From contig CBDFFH010000005.1 of NCBI GenBank assembly GCA_965246715.1, positions 192,001 through 256,000 on the forward strand: DNA of 64,000 nucleotides, in the 5' to 3' direction. The notes beneath the pieces were generated by a model. It was given only the letters and a program-made list of their open reading frames with translations. It searched no databases and had not been told where the DNA came from. A program made the position numbers and the translations under genes. Source of the DNA: Chamaesiphon sp. Lineage in GTDB: Bacteria > Cyanobacteriota > Cyanobacteriia > Cyanobacteriales > Chamaesiphonaceae. Position 1 is the first letter of the stretch. Each line of letters starts with the position of its first letter. Positions 61,365 through 64,000 of this stretch are shown one piece after another.

Positions 61365-62909
61365 TTAGCTCAGGCGTTCGATGAGATGATCTCCCACGCG
61401 CAGCGCATTGGCGATAATCGTTAGGGTCGGGTTGAGACCCGTGTTTGAGGGAAAGAAGCTGCTATCGACGACATAGAGATTGTCAACATCGTGGGTGCGA
61501 CAATTAACGTCCAAAACGGAAAGCATTGGCTCAGTCCCAAAGCGACAGGTGCCACATTGATGGGCTACCCATTTCAAGGGAAAGTTGTCGTGGTAATAGA
61601 GCGATCGCATCATGAAGCCCATATCGACATCAATCGACTTTAAAACCTCAGTCCAACGATCGACCAGACGCTTGAACGACTCTGTGTTATTTTCGGTGTA
61701 GTCAAGGAAAATCTTGTCTCCTTTTACCCTGACTCGATTATGCAGGTCTGGCAAATCCTCTCCCATCAACCACCAATCGACAGAGTGTAGCGCCGCATCT
61801 TCTGAAGAAACATCCTTGTCTATCATCAGTGGCACATCATCCATCAGCATGGTCTGGTTAACTTTACCTGACAGTTGCACTTGCCCCATTGGATAGGGAA
61901 AATCCGGCTCACCCCAGTAAAAGTCGTTAACTCCCAAGGTTTTCTGAAACAGCGTCGGATTCTCCTGCTTCATCAAGCCGATCACTACAGCACAGTTGTG
62001 CTTCATGAAATTGCGTCCCACTTGGTCAGAACGATTCGCCAGTCCATTCGGATGACGATCGTTGTGCGATCGCAGTAGCAAGGCTGCTGAATTAACGGCT
62101 CCACAGGCAACCACAATAATATCCCCACGAAACAGCCTCGTTTCACCTGCCACTTCCGTCTCAACCACCGTGATTTCACGACCAGAGGAACTTGTGTGCA
62201 GCCGTTGCACCTTAGCTTCGGCGATCAGGGTAACATTTGGCTGCTTCATTGCTGGACGCACCCCAATCACTTCCGCATCAGCCTTGGCATGGACTAAACA
62301 GGGATGTCCATCGCAGGTTTCGCAACGAATACATTCACTCAAATAGCGCGCTTGCTCATTCAACTTGATTGCCATCGGTAGGTAGAACGGTTGGAAGCCC
62401 TTTGCCTGTAAGTCATCATGGACTTCTTGAATCCTCGGCTCGTGAGCGATCGCCTCAAAAGGATAATCTTCATTTGTCCAAGGCTCCGTGGGGTCTAATC
62501 CGCGTTTGCCATGCACGTGGTAGAGCTTCTCTGCCTCAGTGTAATAAGGTTCAAAATCTCGATACTTCAGGGGCCAAGCTGGAGAAATTCCACCCTTATG
62601 CACAACCCTGTCAAACTCCTGTTCCCGCATCCGAAACAATGTGCCGCCGTAAAGTTTTGTATTGCCGCCAACCCAGTAACCAGCGGCTGGATGTAGCTCC
62701 TTGTTTTGTTTGTCGTACCAAGTCTCAGCATTGAAATAGCGTTCATGCTTGAAAACTTGCATCGGGTCCCAATTTGCCTTCTCTCTCGGCAAGAAAGAAC
62801 CCCGTTCTAGGAGCAAAATCCGCTTGCCACTCGCTGCTAATCGATAAGCGAGCGTTCCTCCACCTGCACCTGTACCAATGATAATCACATCGTAATGATT
62901 GTCAGCCAT
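61365..62909 (-). CDS. GMC family oxidoreductase
   Basis: DVIIIGTGAGGG, VGGNTKLYG, AHQCGTCRFG, NPTLTIIANALRV. Confidence 0.93.
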   Translation of the reverse strand: MADNHYDVIIIGTGAGGGTLAYRLAASGKRILLLERGSFLPREKANWDPMQVFKHERYFNAETWYDKQNKELHPAAGYWVGGNTKLYGGTLFRMREQEFDRVVHKGGISPAWPLKYRDFEPYYTEAEKLYHVHGKRGLDPTEPWTNEDYPFEAIAHEPRIQEVHDDLQAKGFQPFYLPMAIKLNEQARYLSECIRCETCDGHPCLVHAKADAEVIGVRPAMKQPNVTLIAEAKVQRLHTSSSGREITVVETEVAGETRLFRGDIIVVACGAVNSAALLLRSHNDRHPNGLANRSDQVGRNFMKHNCAVVIGLMKQENPTLFQKTLGVNDFYWGEPDFPYPMGQVQLSGKVNQTMLMDDVPLMIDKDVSSEDAALHSVDWWLMGEDLPDLHNRVRVKGDKIFLDYTENNTESFKRLVDRWTEVLKSIDVDMGFMMRSLYYHDNFPLKWVAHQCGTCRFGTEPMLSVLDVNCRTHDVDNLYVVDSSFFPSNTGLNPTLTIIANALRVGDHLIERLS

Positions 62910-62973
62910 TTTTTTCCTCCGTAACTATTATGCCGATCGAGTCCACTGAGAAAATGATTTGCACATTAACAGG

Positions 62974-63840
62974 TCATACGCTAGATACTTGACCACCCGT
63001 GACTTCCAGGATGGCACCCGTAGTAAAGCTACTATCCTCCGATGCAAAATAGACGTAGGTGGGCGCAAGTTCCTCTGGTTGGGCGGCTCGTTTCATTGCC
63101 ACGTCGTTACCAAAGTTGTCTACCTGTTCGGGTGTCATCGTCGCTGGAATGCCCGGTGTCCAAACTGGACCGGGAGCGACAGCATTCACGCGAATTTTAC
63201 GAGCTGCCAAGTTTTGCGCTAATGCTTTCGTAAATGCATTTACTGCACCTTTACTTGTGGAGTAATCGATTAGAAATTCTTTACCAATTAGACCCAAAAT
63301 GCTGCTGGTGTTGATGATGACATCGCCCTCTTTTAAGTGTGGTAAGGCAGCTTTAAGCATGTAGAAGTAGCCAAATATATTTGTTTCCAGCGTGCGACGA
63401 AACTGCTCTTCGGTAATGTCTTCAATTTGGAACTGCACCATCTGATAAGCCGCGTTATTGACGAGAATATTCAGGTATCCAAATTTCTCGATCGTCTGTG
63501 CCACCGCCTGCTTGCATTGTTCGGAGTCGCGGACATCGGCTTTGATGTTGAGACACTGTCGCCCTTTTTCTTCCACTTTAGACTTAGTAACCTGGGCATC
63601 GTCATCGTGTTCGTTATAGAGAATAGCTACGTCTGCACCTTCCATCGCGTAGGCGATCGCTACGGCCCGACCGATTCCTGAATCGCCACCAGTAATCAGC
63701 GCAACTTTTCCTTGCAGTTTGTTAGCAGGCTTGTAGTTCGATAAATCACTGTCCGGCTGCGGAATCATGTCTTCCTGGCTAGCAGGATAAGACAGCTTTT
63801 GGGCAGGGATTTGAGCGGCAGTAGGACGAAATTCTGACAT
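62974..63840 (-). CDS. SDR family oxidoreductase (YghA/YhdF-like)
   Basis: TGGDSGIGRA, NNAAYQ, YSTSKG, VAPGPVWT. Confidence 0.92.
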   Translation of the reverse strand: MSEFRPTAAQIPAQKLSYPASQEDMIPQPDSDLSNYKPANKLQGKVALITGGDSGIGRAVAIAYAMEGADVAILYNEHDDDAQVTKSKVEEKGRQCLNIKADVRDSEQCKQAVAQTIEKFGYLNILVNNAAYQMVQFQIEDITEEQFRRTLETNIFGYFYMLKAALPHLKEGDVIINTSSILGLIGKEFLIDYSTSKGAVNAFTKALAQNLAARKIRVNAVAPGPVWTPGIPATMTPEQVDNFGNDVAMKRAAQPEELAPTYVYFASEDSSFTTGAILEVTGGQVSSV

Positions 63841-64000
63841 TGTAAGAGTACCTCTTCGATATTTTTCAGTGTATTTGAACAATTGATTTAAGCCGATCGT
63901 GCCAATTCAGCGTCATCTCTTTTCATTTACCAACGTCGAGCAAGTGCCATGACGATCGCCGTTGAGGGCACGCAACGATTCTCCAGTAGTATGCTAAATC

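Overview
This is cyanobacterial DNA. It is very rich in HIP1/CGATCG and carries rbp-rpsU, Uma2 genes and STRR-like heptamers; the style is Chamaesiphon-like (inference). Positions 1-16.7 kb are mostly housekeeping genes (bioA, rpsU, rbp, a giant TPR protein, an AGT-type aminotransferase, pyrD, mlaE, a fructosamine kinase) punctuated by MITE/REP-like repeats. From about 17 kb the window is a decaying accessory mosaic. It begins with an ISKra4-type IS, a mobile-element topoisomerase, an AAA-ATPase + S8 protease (IetAS-like) pair with an in-frame deletion, an hsdR relic, and an attP-like tRNA-Pro 3' fragment with arm repeats next to a truncated tyrosine integrase. Ion-transport genes follow. A redox module comes next: exported thioredoxin, CcdA and an apparently split NTRC (NTR + separate Trx), divergent from a cupin, a two-component system and a spondin gene. 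Further on are an ISAzo13-interrupted ClC-CBS-USP gene, a GST/FMN-reductase operon with a decapitated TetR, exported MsrA/MsrB next to Met-rich MXKDX repeat proteins, IS701 relics and an SDR-GMC-VOC-aquaporin-GH63-LLM operon. The most notable signals are (i) a candidate extracytoplasmic methionine-based oxidant-scavenging circuit, (ii) a family of 22-25 bp hairpin mini-elements inserted at CG|ATC(G) sites that frameshift genes, and (iii) a stranded attP. All family assignments come from motif recognition by eye, not database searches.
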